This document shows positions 49,902-58,525 of a stretch of DNA of 64,000 nt, piece by piece. Each line of letters starts with the position of its first letter. Within the stretch, counting starts at the first letter, position 1. Below the pieces are notes generated by a model that saw nothing but the letters and a program-made list of their open reading frames with translations, had not been told where the DNA came from and ran no database searches. Location: positions 864,001 through 928,000 of the forward strand of contig CAXXOU010000001.1 of assembly GCA_963677495.2 (NCBI GenBank), in the 5' to 3' direction. The translations under genes and the position numbers were made by a program. The DNA comes from Candidatus Cloacimonadales bacterium. GTDB lineage: Bacteria > Cloacimonadota > Cloacimonadia > Cloacimonadales > JAFGVF01.

Positions 49902-52070
49902 TTAATTTGAGCCTACAGCTTCAACAAAGCTTGTAGTAGGTTTAACATTTTCTTTCGGTTCATCAAGCATGGAACCGGCTTTTACTACAGGAGAATCTTT
50001 AAACTCAAAAGTCTTACGAAGGTCAAACTCAGCTTGTTTTCCACCATTCCACTGTGCAACAGGTCTTAAGTAACCAACAACACGAGAATATACTTCACAA
50101 ACATTTTCGCATTTAGGGCAGGTGTTATGTTCTCCATTGATATAACCATGTTCCGGGCAAACACTGAAGGTTGGAGAGAATGTGAAGTATGGAAGCTTAT
50201 AGTTAGAACAAATCTTTTTAACCAAGTTTTTCATAGTTTCAATATTATTAATTCGCTCACCGGCAAATACATGGAGAGTTGTCCCTCCAGTGTATTTTGA
50301 TTGTAGCTCATCTTGGAGGTCTAAAACTTCAAACACATCATTAGAGAAGTCGACCGGTAGTTGAGTTGAGTTTGTATAGAAAGGCTCTGCACCTTCATTT
50401 GCAACTTGAATATCAGGATAATTTGCTCTATCGAGACGTGCTAATCTATAGGTTGTTCCCTCTGCAGGAGTAGCTTCGAGGTTGTAGTTATTACCAGTTT
50501 CCTCCTGGATGTTTACAAGTCTATCTCTAAGGTAATCCATAACTTTGTTTGCAAAATTGTTACCTTCGTCTGAAGCAATATCACATGAGAGGAAGTTCTT
50601 ACAAGACTCGTTCATACCGATAATACCGATAGTAGAGAAGTGATTCTTCCAGAACTTATTGAATCTTTCTTTAACGTTCTTAAGATAGAATTTAGTATAT
50701 GGATAGAGACCACTATCTGTGAATGTTTCAAGTACCTTACGTTTTATTTCAAGGCTTGATTTAGCCATAACGATAAGTTTATCGAGTCTTTCAAAATAGT
50801 CCTTTTCATCCACAGCAAGATAACCGATTCTTGGAAGGTTGATAGTTACAACACCGATTGAACCAGTGAGAGGATTTGCACCGAAAAGTCCACCACCACG
50901 AGCTTCAAGTTTAGAAGTATCCAATCTAAGTCTGCAACACATAGATCTGGAATCATCAGGACTCAAGCTGGAGTTAATGAAGTTCGAGAAGGAAGGGATA
51001 CCATACTTGGCTGTTGCTTCCCAAAGTGGGTTAAGATTCTCATCATCCCAATTAAAGTCTTTTGTAATGTTGTAAGTTGGGACAGGGAATGTGAAAACGC
51101 GTCCTAAGGCATCACCTTCAACCATCACTTCGAGGAAGGCTTTGTTAAGCATATTCATCTCTTCCTGATAGTCGGAATATACCGTATTCTGCGGTACACC
51201 ACCAATAACAACTGATTGATTAGCATAAGCTTTTGGTGGGATTAAATCCATCGTTATATTAGTAAAAGGAGTTTGGAATCCAACTCTTGTTGGTACGTTT
51301 ATATTGAAAAGAAACTCCTGTATTGCCTGTTTAACTTCAGGATAAGAAAGGTTGTCTTCTCTAATAAAAGGGGCGAGAAGTGTATCGAAACTTGAGAATG
51401 CTTGAGCTCCGGCAGCTTCCCCTTGAAGTGTGTAGAAGAAGTTAATTATCTGTCCCAATGCTGATCTAAAATGCTTAGCAGGTCCACTTTCAACTTTACC
51501 CTTAGCACCTTTAAAACCCTGAACAAGCAGGTCCATAAGATCCCAACCAACACAGTATACTGAAATTAGACCTAAATCATGTATATGAAGGTCACCTTCA
51601 GCATGAGCATTTTTAATCTCAGGAGGATAGATTTTATTTAACCAGTACGTCTTACTCACTTCAGAAGCAATATAGTTGTTCAATCCTTGTAATGAATAAG
51701 CCATATTACTGTTCTCATTTACTTGCCAATCAAGCTTTTCAAGGTATTGATCAATTAAATTAACATTAGAAGTTGAGATAATCTCTCTAATCTTAGCGTG
51801 TTGGTCACGATAGATAATATAAGCTTTCGCTGTTTTCTTGTATGGAGATGATAAGAGTATCTCTTCAACCACATCCTGTAACTCTTCCACAGCAATAATA
51901 CTTTTGTTGTATAACTGTTGTGAGAGATTTACAACTTTCATTGTTAACTTAACTGCTTCTTTCATTCCAAATTCTGCTGTAGCCTCTCCGGCTTTAGCAA
52001 GAGCTTCAGTAATCTTGTTACTGTCAAATCTGGCTATTAACCCATTCCTTTTACGAACTGCCTCGAACAT
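49902..52070 (-). CDS. nrdD: Class III anaerobic ribonucleoside-triphosphate reductase with ATP cone
   Basis: N-terminal ATP cone (VRKRNG...FD..KI), HIHDL, SMCCRL, EATPAE, zinc site CPEHG...CPKC, glycyl radical motif YSRVVGY. Confidence 0.97.
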   Translation of the reverse strand: MFEAVRKRNGLIARFDSNKITEALAKAGEATAEFGMKEAVKLTMKVVNLSQQLYNKSIIAVEELQDVVEEILLSSPYKKTAKAYIIYRDQHAKIREIISTSNVNLIDQYLEKLDWQVNENSNMAYSLQGLNNYIASEVSKTYWLNKIYPPEIKNAHAEGDLHIHDLGLISVYCVGWDLMDLLVQGFKGAKGKVESGPAKHFRSALGQIINFFYTLQGEAAGAQAFSSFDTLLAPFIREDNLSYPEVKQAIQEFLFNINVPTRVGFQTPFTNITMDLIPPKAYANQSVVIGGVPQNTVYSDYQEEMNMLNKAFLEVMVEGDALGRVFTFPVPTYNITKDFNWDDENLNPLWEATAKYGIPSFSNFINSSLSPDDSRSMCCRLRLDTSKLEARGGGLFGANPLTGSIGVVTINLPRIGYLAVDEKDYFERLDKLIVMAKSSLEIKRKVLETFTDSGLYPYTKFYLKNVKERFNKFWKNHFSTIGIIGMNESCKNFLSCDIASDEGNNFANKVMDYLRDRLVNIQEETGNNYNLEATPAEGTTYRLARLDRANYPDIQVANEGAEPFYTNSTQLPVDFSNDVFEVLDLQDELQSKYTGGTTLHVFAGERINNIETMKNLVKKICSNYKLPYFTFSPTFSVCPEHGYINGEHNTCPKCENVCEVYSRVVGYLRPVAQWNGGKQAEFDLRKTFEFKDSPVVKAGSMLDEPKENVKPTTSFVEAVGSN

Positions 52071-52407
52071 TTCTCATCCTCGCTGAAAGTGATTATTTAT
52101 AACTATATTATATTACAATTATTTATGTGTATGATATATATTTCTTCAATAACGTTTTTGATTGTTGTACAGGGTTAAGAGACAAGGATTTCTGAATATT
52201 GTCAATAACTCTTTTTTCACAAACTTTTTTCCCTTTTGTAGATGCCTTTATTTAGCATTAATTGTGTCTTAAAAAAAAGTTTTTGGATATATATCAAAGA
52301 TAAAATAACATCTTTTGGAACATTTTTAACATTCAATACGTTATACAAGTTTAAAACTATTTTCTGCAGGTCACTATATGAATATCAATAACCCATCTCT
52401 TAGAAAT

Positions 52408-52441
52408 AAAAAAGCAGACTACCCGGGGACAGATAGTCTGC
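52408..52441 (-). terminator. Intrinsic terminator after the Na/Pi cotransporter gene
   Basis: gcagactatctg...cgggtagtctgc plus T6 on the minus strand. Confidence 0.75.
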
Positions 52442-52459
52442 AATTGTATCTTCTTTTTA

Positions 52460-54154
52460 TTAATTATATTGCCTAAGAGCTTCGGAGATGTTAAGTGCAT
52501 AGTCACCAATATGTTCCATATGCTTAAGTATATCAATATATAGGAGCTCAGTGTTAACGTCAGCACCCTCTTTAAGTCTGCTTCTTGCTGACTTCTTAAG
52601 AGTATCCCTGGAACGATCTACTTTCTTCTCAAGCTCATTTGCAAGTCTGAAATCAGTTTGAGTTATATGCTCAATAAGATGAGATTTATAGAAGTCGATG
52701 AAGCGTCTGATTATATCAGCGAACTCTTCAATCTCTTTCTTAGCACTATCTGATATTACAAGTTTCCTATCATACTTCTTCTGGAAAAGAAGGAGAAGTC
52801 TGAAAATACTATCTGCAATACTTTCAAGTTCACTGGTTATACGTATCATAGCATTTATATTCTGTGTTTCCTGATCTGTAACAGTCTGCTTTGAACATTG
52901 AATAAGATATGCACAAATCTCTTCATTCATCACATCTGTAAGCTCTTCAGCTCTACGAACGCTTTTTGCAACATCACCCATCTTCTTCTGTGGATTAGAG
53001 AAAAGACTCATACAGTCGTTGAAAGCTTTCTCAACAACTTCAGCCATCTTGTTAATCTCCTGACGTGCTGTTTCAATGTTCATTCCGGCAGTATCAACGA
53101 TACCTCCATGCAGGTATTGTAACGAGTATTCAACTGACTCTTCATCCACCTTACCCGGCTTAACAAGCTTTTCAACTGCTAACGCAAAGTACTTAACAAA
53201 CCAGATACAGATAAGTGTATTCGTAATATTAAAGAGTGTATGGAAAAGTGAAAGGTTCAATGGTAAGTTTGTGGATAAGGTCTCATCCCAAGGAGTTAGC
53301 TTCAATACAAGCATTAAGAACCACCTGAAGACAAAGCTTATCCATATAACACCGAATACGTTGAATAGAAAATGAGCTCTAGCCGCTCGCCTTGCACTAA
53401 CTGTCGTGCCAAGTGAAGCTAGATATGCTGTCACTGTTGTACCTATATTCTCACCAAGTACAACTGCTGCTGCTGTTGGGAAGTCGATCCAACCTTTATA
53501 AGCCATGGTAACTGTAATAGCCATCGCAGCACTTGAAGATTGCACAACAACAGTTAGCAATGATCCGATAACAACAAAGATAAGGTACGATAAGAAACCT
53601 TTACCGGTCCAGTCTGATACAAAGGCAAGAATCTCAGGATGGTTTTTGATATCCGGAACAGAGTCTTTTAAGAAAGCAAGACCTAAGAAAAGGAGACCGA
53701 ATCCAATAAGTACTTCACCCCAATCCTTACTTTTACCTCTTTTAGCAAAGAGTAGTGGTAGTCCAACACCTATAATAGGGAGACTGATTGCTGAGATTTT
53801 GAACTTGAAACCGATAAATGATACAATCCAAGTTGTAACCGTAGTACCAATATTGGCACCCATTATCACACCGATTGCTTGGGTTAGATTTAACAGACTT
53901 GCGTTAACAAAGCTAACAACCAGCACTGTTGTTGCAGAAGATGATTGAACTAAAGCTGTTATTAAAAAACCTGTCATTACAGCTATATAGCGGTTCTTGG
54001 TCATATATCCAAGAATCGCTTTCATTCTGTTACCCGCAACTTTCTGAATTGCGTTACTCATTACATGCATTCCGAAAAGGAAGACACCAAGTGCTCCTAA
54101 TATCTGGAATAGAGACTGAATGATATTTCCAATCAATGTAGTTTCCTCACTCAC
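52460..54154 (-). CDS. Na+/phosphate cotransporter with PhoU-like C-terminus
   Basis: Repeated QSSSA motifs, GANIGTT and GENIGTT, ELESIAD, MEHIGD. Confidence 0.93.
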   Translation of the reverse strand: MSEETTLIGNIIQSLFQILGALGVFLFGMHVMSNAIQKVAGNRMKAILGYMTKNRYIAVMTGFLITALVQSSSATTVLVVSFVNASLLNLTQAIGVIMGANIGTTVTTWIVSFIGFKFKISAISLPIIGVGLPLLFAKRGKSKDWGEVLIGFGLLFLGLAFLKDSVPDIKNHPEILAFVSDWTGKGFLSYLIFVVIGSLLTVVVQSSSAAMAITVTMAYKGWIDFPTAAAVVLGENIGTTVTAYLASLGTTVSARRAARAHFLFNVFGVIWISFVFRWFLMLVLKLTPWDETLSTNLPLNLSLFHTLFNITNTLICIWFVKYFALAVEKLVKPGKVDEESVEYSLQYLHGGIVDTAGMNIETARQEINKMAEVVEKAFNDCMSLFSNPQKKMGDVAKSVRRAEELTDVMNEEICAYLIQCSKQTVTDQETQNINAMIRITSELESIADSIFRLLLLFQKKYDRKLVISDSAKKEIEEFADIIRRFIDFYKSHLIEHITQTDFRLANELEKKVDRSRDTLKKSARSRLKEGADVNTELLYIDILKHMEHIGDYALNISEALRQYN

Positions 54155-54177
54155 TTTTTCGTTTTTAGGGATTACAG

Positions 54178-54359
54178 TTCACAAATATTTAACTATTAGT
54201 AAACAATTCGTTAACATTGCTATTGAAAAACCAACTATCGTCAATTTCAAAATTAACAATGTTAAGTTTGTTAAGACTATATGAGATTATTAAAGCCTCT
54301 AATCTCCCTTATAATGGTCAACTAAGGGAATTGTTTATTAAATGTTAAATAAATGTTAA
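54178..54359. promoter_or_regulatory. Pho-box-like TTHACA repeats at 11-bp spacing upstream of the Na/Pi transporter
   Basis: ttcaca/ttaact/taaaca/ttaaca at 54178, 54189, 54200, 54211; tgttta/tgttaa/tgttaa at 54332, 54343, 54354. Confidence 0.55.
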
Positions 54360-54419
54360 GACAGTTATTTTGTGATATCCGGAGTTAATATCATTAGGTA
54401 ATATTAAGAATTATTGTCG

Positions 54420-54566
54420 CTATCATTGCACTCTCATAATTACCATGCAAGGATTGCCTGATTCCGAAAAGTCTCTTGGGCAACCCTAGGGCTTGAGCAT
54501 AAGAAACTGTAAAGCAAAGGAGCAGGTTTTGCTCTCTTTCCAACCTTTATTATGATAGAGCAATGA
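54420..54566 (+). repeat. Block-conserved module, inverted homolog of 13637-13782
   Basis: Same collinear blocks as 13637-13782, read in the opposite orientation. Confidence 0.75.
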
Positions 54567-54642
54567 CTGCTTGATAATATTCATAAAACCACACTAAGCT
54601 TTCTATTTCTTTGGTAATCTACTTCTACTTCTTCCAAAATGA

Positions 54643-54790
54643 GCCTACTACCTCCCTGCTACAACCCTGAATATGACAAGTATTCCATAAATAATCAAGT
54701 TATCCACATGATGTGGATAAATCGTGGCGTTCCATGAGAGGGTCACGAGAGGGTCACCTGTGGGAAACCTTTGAAACACCTTTTTTAGTC
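54643..54790. repeat. Phased array centred on an inverted DnaA-box pair
   Basis: (g/c)cct at 54643, 54654, 54665; TTATCCACA-tga-TGTGGATAA 54700-54720; 11-mers gagagggtcac x2, ctgtgggaaac, ctttgaaacac from 54736. Confidence 0.7.
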
Positions 54791-54891
54791 ACGGAACCGG
54801 AAGGGATGAAGCAGGGAAAATTTGAGAAAATATATGCCAGTGGGGAGGCTCGTACTGCGTCCCACTCTGAGGAACTCCATCTAGTTTACAA

Positions 54892-54935
54892 CTATAGCTC
54901 TTTGAGCTATGTGCAAGTGGGGACACTCGCACTAC
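54892..54935. repeat. Solo copy of the array REP hairpin
   Basis: tatagctctttgagctatgtgcaagtggggacactcgcactac matches the array-unit junction. Confidence 0.8.
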
Positions 54936-55024
54936 AACTCACCTTAATTACGGAGTAGGGCTAAAACATTTGACTATTTATAAGATGGGATTTAATTTGT
55001 TTCAAAAATCTTAAGGAGTTTTCA

Positions 55025-55348
55025 ATGTTCCAAGGTGGACCAAATATGAAAGATCTGATGCGTAAAGCTCAGAAGATGCAACAAGACTTACTCAAAGCTC
55101 AAGAAGAGCTTGCAAATAAGGTAGTAGAGACACAGGCCGGTGGCGGAATGGTTAAAGTTGAGATGAACGGACGTTATGAAATCAAATCACTTAAAATTGA
55201 CCCTGAAGTTGTTGATCCTGATGATGTAGAAATGCTTGAAGATCTTATCGTGGCTGCAATGAAAGAAGCTTTAGAGAAGATTGGTAAAAGCAGTGAAGAT
55301 AGCATGAGCAACCTTACAGGTGGGATGAAAATACCGGGACTCTTCTAA
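55025..55348 (+). CDS. ybaB: Nucleoid-associated protein YbaB/EbfC
   Basis: AQKMQ, AGGGMVKV, DPDDVEMLEDLI, IPGLF. Confidence 0.97.
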   Translation: MFQGGPNMKDLMRKAQKMQQDLLKAQEELANKVVETQAGGGMVKVEMNGRYEIKSLKIDPEVVDPDDVEMLEDLIVAAMKEALEKIGKSSEDSMSNLTGGMKIPGLF

Positions 55349-55353
55349 ACTGA

Positions 55354-55947
55354 ATGTTAAGTCCTAAATATAAGAAGCTAGAGGAGAATCTTGCAACTCT
55401 ACCCGGCATAGGTAAAAAGACTGCCGGAAGACTTGCAATGCATCTTATTACCCAGAATCGAGCTCATTCCCTTGAACTTTCTGAGTCTATTACTGATGCT
55501 GTGAACTCCTTCACAAACTGCTCTATCTGCAATATGCTATCCGAGCAGGATCCATGCCCGGTTTGTACTGATTCAGATAGAGATGGACAAGTGCTTTGCG
55601 TTGTAGAGACAACTCAAGATGTGTTTATCTTTGAGGAGTTGCATTCATTCAAAGGCAGATATTTTGTCCTTGGACATCTGCTTTCTCCAATGCATGGAAT
55701 CGGACCTGATGAGATTAAGTTCGAACTGCTTCTTTCCTTTATTGAAGAGAATCCTGTAGAGGAGATTATCCTGGCTCTGAGTCCTTCTGTAGAAGGTGAA
55801 ACTACAATCAGTTTTCTGGCTGAACATTTAGAAAACAGAGGTTTAAAGATATCAAGACTCTCTACAGGTTTGCCATTCGGAACTAACCTTGAATATGCAA
55901 ATAACATTACGCTTGCCAATGCCTTTAAAAATAGGACCAATATCTAA
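55354..55947 (+). CDS. recR: Recombination mediator RecR
   Basis: LPGIGKKTA.RLA, C4 zinc finger, LCVVE, SPSVEGETT. Confidence 0.97.
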   Translation: MLSPKYKKLEENLATLPGIGKKTAGRLAMHLITQNRAHSLELSESITDAVNSFTNCSICNMLSEQDPCPVCTDSDRDGQVLCVVETTQDVFIFEELHSFKGRYFVLGHLLSPMHGIGPDEIKFELLLSFIEENPVEEIILALSPSVEGETTISFLAEHLENRGLKISRLSTGLPFGTNLEYANNITLANAFKNRTNI

Positions 55948-57227
55948 TGAGATTGTTCAGAGCTTTAACAATAGTTGCAATACTGACATTGCTTGTAGCA
56001 TGTGGAAGTAAAGATACGCTTACAGGTGGACCGGAAGATACAGTTAAACCCGAGATAGTCTCAGTTTATCCTGAAGAAAGGGAAGATATTAGTGCCGGTC
56101 AGATTGAGCTTATATTCAATAAGAACCTTGATAAAGTCAGTGTAGAACGTAGTATCTATATATATCCGGCTGTCGAGGATATGAATTTAAAGGTTTCAAA
56201 ATCTACTGTTACAATTACATTTGAAACTGAACAGATGGAAGAATCTAACTATTACCTTACAATCAACAAAAGCTTGAAAGATATTCGTAACAATACAATG
56301 GAGAGTAATCAAACCCTTGTTTTTCGAAAGGGTGAGTTCAATGAGTACAAGATTAGAGGTGTTGTGCAATACGAAGAGGGAGCTGAAAAGGGACACAGGA
56401 CATTTGTTACTGTCTTAACCTCCGATTCTCTCTTTATCCTATCTCAGAAATTGAAGAGTGACAGATTTGAGATTCCTAACCTTAATCCTGCTGATTACTT
56501 TTTACGAGCCTATACTGATAACAATGATAATGAACGCTATGACTTTGGGAGAGACCTTTTTTTTGAAGGTCCTTTCACTCAAAGTATGAGATCTATCAGA
56601 CTTAATATGGCTGTTGCAGATTCCACTCTGCCTAAGCTTAGATCAGGTAGGTTTCAATATGATAATCAGCTTAGTTTGAGCCTTAGTGAAGAATTGAAGA
56701 GTTTTGAGAGCATTACAATTACATCTCTAAAAGATAGTACTGAAGTACCGTATAAATATGCTGTATTAAATGATAACTACCTCAATCTAATCACAGAACC
56801 TGTAGACACTCTTAAGTACAAGGTTACCATTAAAGGTATGGAAGACTTGAAAGGTAATCTCAGAGAGTTGATGGCTGTAGAGGTCCAAGGTATTGTCAAA
56901 CCTGATACATTAGCACCTTCAATCATCTCAACTTTCCCAGAAGATGGTAGAACAATTAAAACTTTGAATCCAAGAATACTGGTTGAGTTCTCAGAGATTA
57001 TCCCAAAGGCTTATCTTGTCTGTAAACTACAAGAAGTGGAGTCAGGAAGGGAGTTGAAACTTACAACATTGAGCAGTGATAGCCACCTTGCAGAGTTTAT
57101 GCCGGCTAATAAGTTGAGACCTTACTATTCATACAAGTTTATCGTTACTAAATCAACAGCAGATGCTAAGTTCAATTTCTTAGCTGAGGATTATATAATT
57201 AACTTCCTGCCGGTTGCAGAGGAATAA
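55947..57227 (+). CDS. Lipoprotein with Ig-like (Big_5-type) domains
   Basis: Lipobox LVAC, TGGPEDTVKP, DTLAPSII..FP.DG repeats. Confidence 0.8.
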   Translation: MRLFRALTIVAILTLLVACGSKDTLTGGPEDTVKPEIVSVYPEEREDISAGQIELIFNKNLDKVSVERSIYIYPAVEDMNLKVSKSTVTITFETEQMEESNYYLTINKSLKDIRNNTMESNQTLVFRKGEFNEYKIRGVVQYEEGAEKGHRTFVTVLTSDSLFILSQKLKSDRFEIPNLNPADYFLRAYTDNNDNERYDFGRDLFFEGPFTQSMRSIRLNMAVADSTLPKLRSGRFQYDNQLSLSLSEELKSFESITITSLKDSTEVPYKYAVLNDNYLNLITEPVDTLKYKVTIKGMEDLKGNLRELMAVEVQGIVKPDTLAPSIISTFPEDGRTIKTLNPRILVEFSEIIPKAYLVCKLQEVESGRELKLTTLSSDSHLAEFMPANKLRPYYSYKFIVTKSTADAKFNFLAEDYIINFLPVAEE

Positions 57228-57238
57228 AGTTTAAACAC

Positions 57239-57274
57239 AAAAAAAGGCTACTGAGTTTTCAGTAGCCTTTTTTT
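57239..57274. terminator. Bidirectional intrinsic terminator
   Basis: A-run + aggctactga / tcagtagcct + T-run between convergent genes. Confidence 0.9.
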
Positions 57275-57289
57275 AAAACTGTTAAGAAA

Positions 57290-58525
57290 CTATAGTTTCA
57301 TCTTCATCTCTTCATATCTTCTGCTGTGGTAAAGAAGGTTTGCGGGAGGGTCAATCTTGTTTATAGTTTTGTCGATAGAACCAAGTCTTCTTGAAGAGAT
57401 ATTACCTTTGCTGAAATGCTTGTTAGAGGCTCTTTTTAATTGTGATTGAATCTTTAAAAGCATTGATTTGAATCCATCAGGACTATAACCTGCTCTCACT
57501 GCAAATATAACACCAAGGTGGTCAGCTTCAATCTCAAAATCATCAAGTAGACCTTCAAGCAACATCTTGAAGTAACGTTGAGTTTCCTGTGTTAGTTCCT
57601 GCTCAAGTTTCTGTGTGTCTTCATTCACACCAAAATTGCTTTCTATCTCCATATCTAATCGACCGAAAGCATCTTGAGCACCACTATTAGATTCTTCAAC
57701 TTCATAGTGCGACATACCATGTTTACGTGAAACATGTGCAACTTCATGTGCTAGTACACACGCTAATTCAGCTTCATTGTTGAGTAAAGACAATAAGCCT
57801 TCAGTGATAAATACATATCCACCCGGACAGGACCATGCCCCGAGTTGATTACTCTTTAAGATAAAGAATCTTACTCGTTGGTTTGGAATATCAGATGCTG
57901 AAACAATACTGTTACCAATAAAGTTGATGTATTCGTTAAGTTCGTAGTCTTTGTTTAACCCCATTCCTGCTAAATGAGCAGCTACGGCCAAGCCAAAACC
58001 TTGCTCTGTTTTACTGAATGTTACAGAGCTATTTCTTGGTGGTAGAGCTACTTTCTTTCTGATTCTTTTTAGGTTCACACCTTTGTATGTTTTCTTCTTA
58101 AACTTCTTGTATTTCTTTGCATCTATCTGAAAGCCAGATAAATAATCAAGTTCATGAACTTCAGTGTTATACATTGAACTGAAGGTTTCAGCAAGTCCCT
58201 TTATACCCGCAGATTCAGTTGCAGGAGAGGTAATCATGTCAGTTTTATTCTCTGCTAATTGACTGATGGAACTGGACATCTCAGTAACTGCATTTAAAGC
58301 GTTAGATGCTATATAACCTTCTCCACCTAAAGCAGATACTTTTAACCAGTTATCTTCATTAGCTATAACATCAACAGATGTGCCTTTTTGTAGCTCTCTA
58401 ACTGCTGCATAATATGAACCGGGACCTTCTCTTAGAACCACTCCGGCACGTTTGATTGTAGCCTGATAAGCTGATAATGTTATCGCAAATACCAGCATCA
58501 AAATCAATATATTTACTCTTTTCAT
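57290..58525 (-). CDS. Secreted SH3b + M48-family metallopeptidase
   Basis: Signal peptide, LREGPG SH3b motif, PGGYVFIT.GL, AHEVAH, EIEAD. Confidence 0.88.
   Translation of the reverse strand: MKRVNILILMLVFAITLSAYQATIKRAGVVLREGPGSYYAAVRELQKGTSVDVIANEDNWLKVSALGGEGYIASNALNAVTEMSSSISQLAENKTDMITSPATESAGIKGLAETFSSMYNTEVHELDYLSGFQIDAKKYKKFKKKTYKGVNLKRIRKKVALPPRNSSVTFSKTEQGFGLAVAAHLAGMGLNKDYELNEYINFIGNSIVSASDIPNQRVRFFILKSNQLGAWSCPGGYVFITEGLLSLLNNEAELACVLAHEVAHVSRKHGMSHYEVEESNSGAQDAFGRLDMEIESNFGVNEDTQKLEQELTQETQRYFKMLLEGLLDDFEIEADHLGVIFAVRAGYSPDGFKSMLLKIQSQLKRASNKHFSKGNISSRRLGSIDKTINKIDPPANLLYHSRRYEEMKMKL

Noticed and set aside
52095..52145. NrdR boxes upstream of nrdD
   Set aside because: Only AT-rich quasi-palindromes; no convincing match to the tandem acaCwAtATaTwGtgt consensus.
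57719..57734. parS-like atgtttacgtgaaaca (similar half-sites near 9190 and 20978)
   Set aside because: Only one half-site matches.
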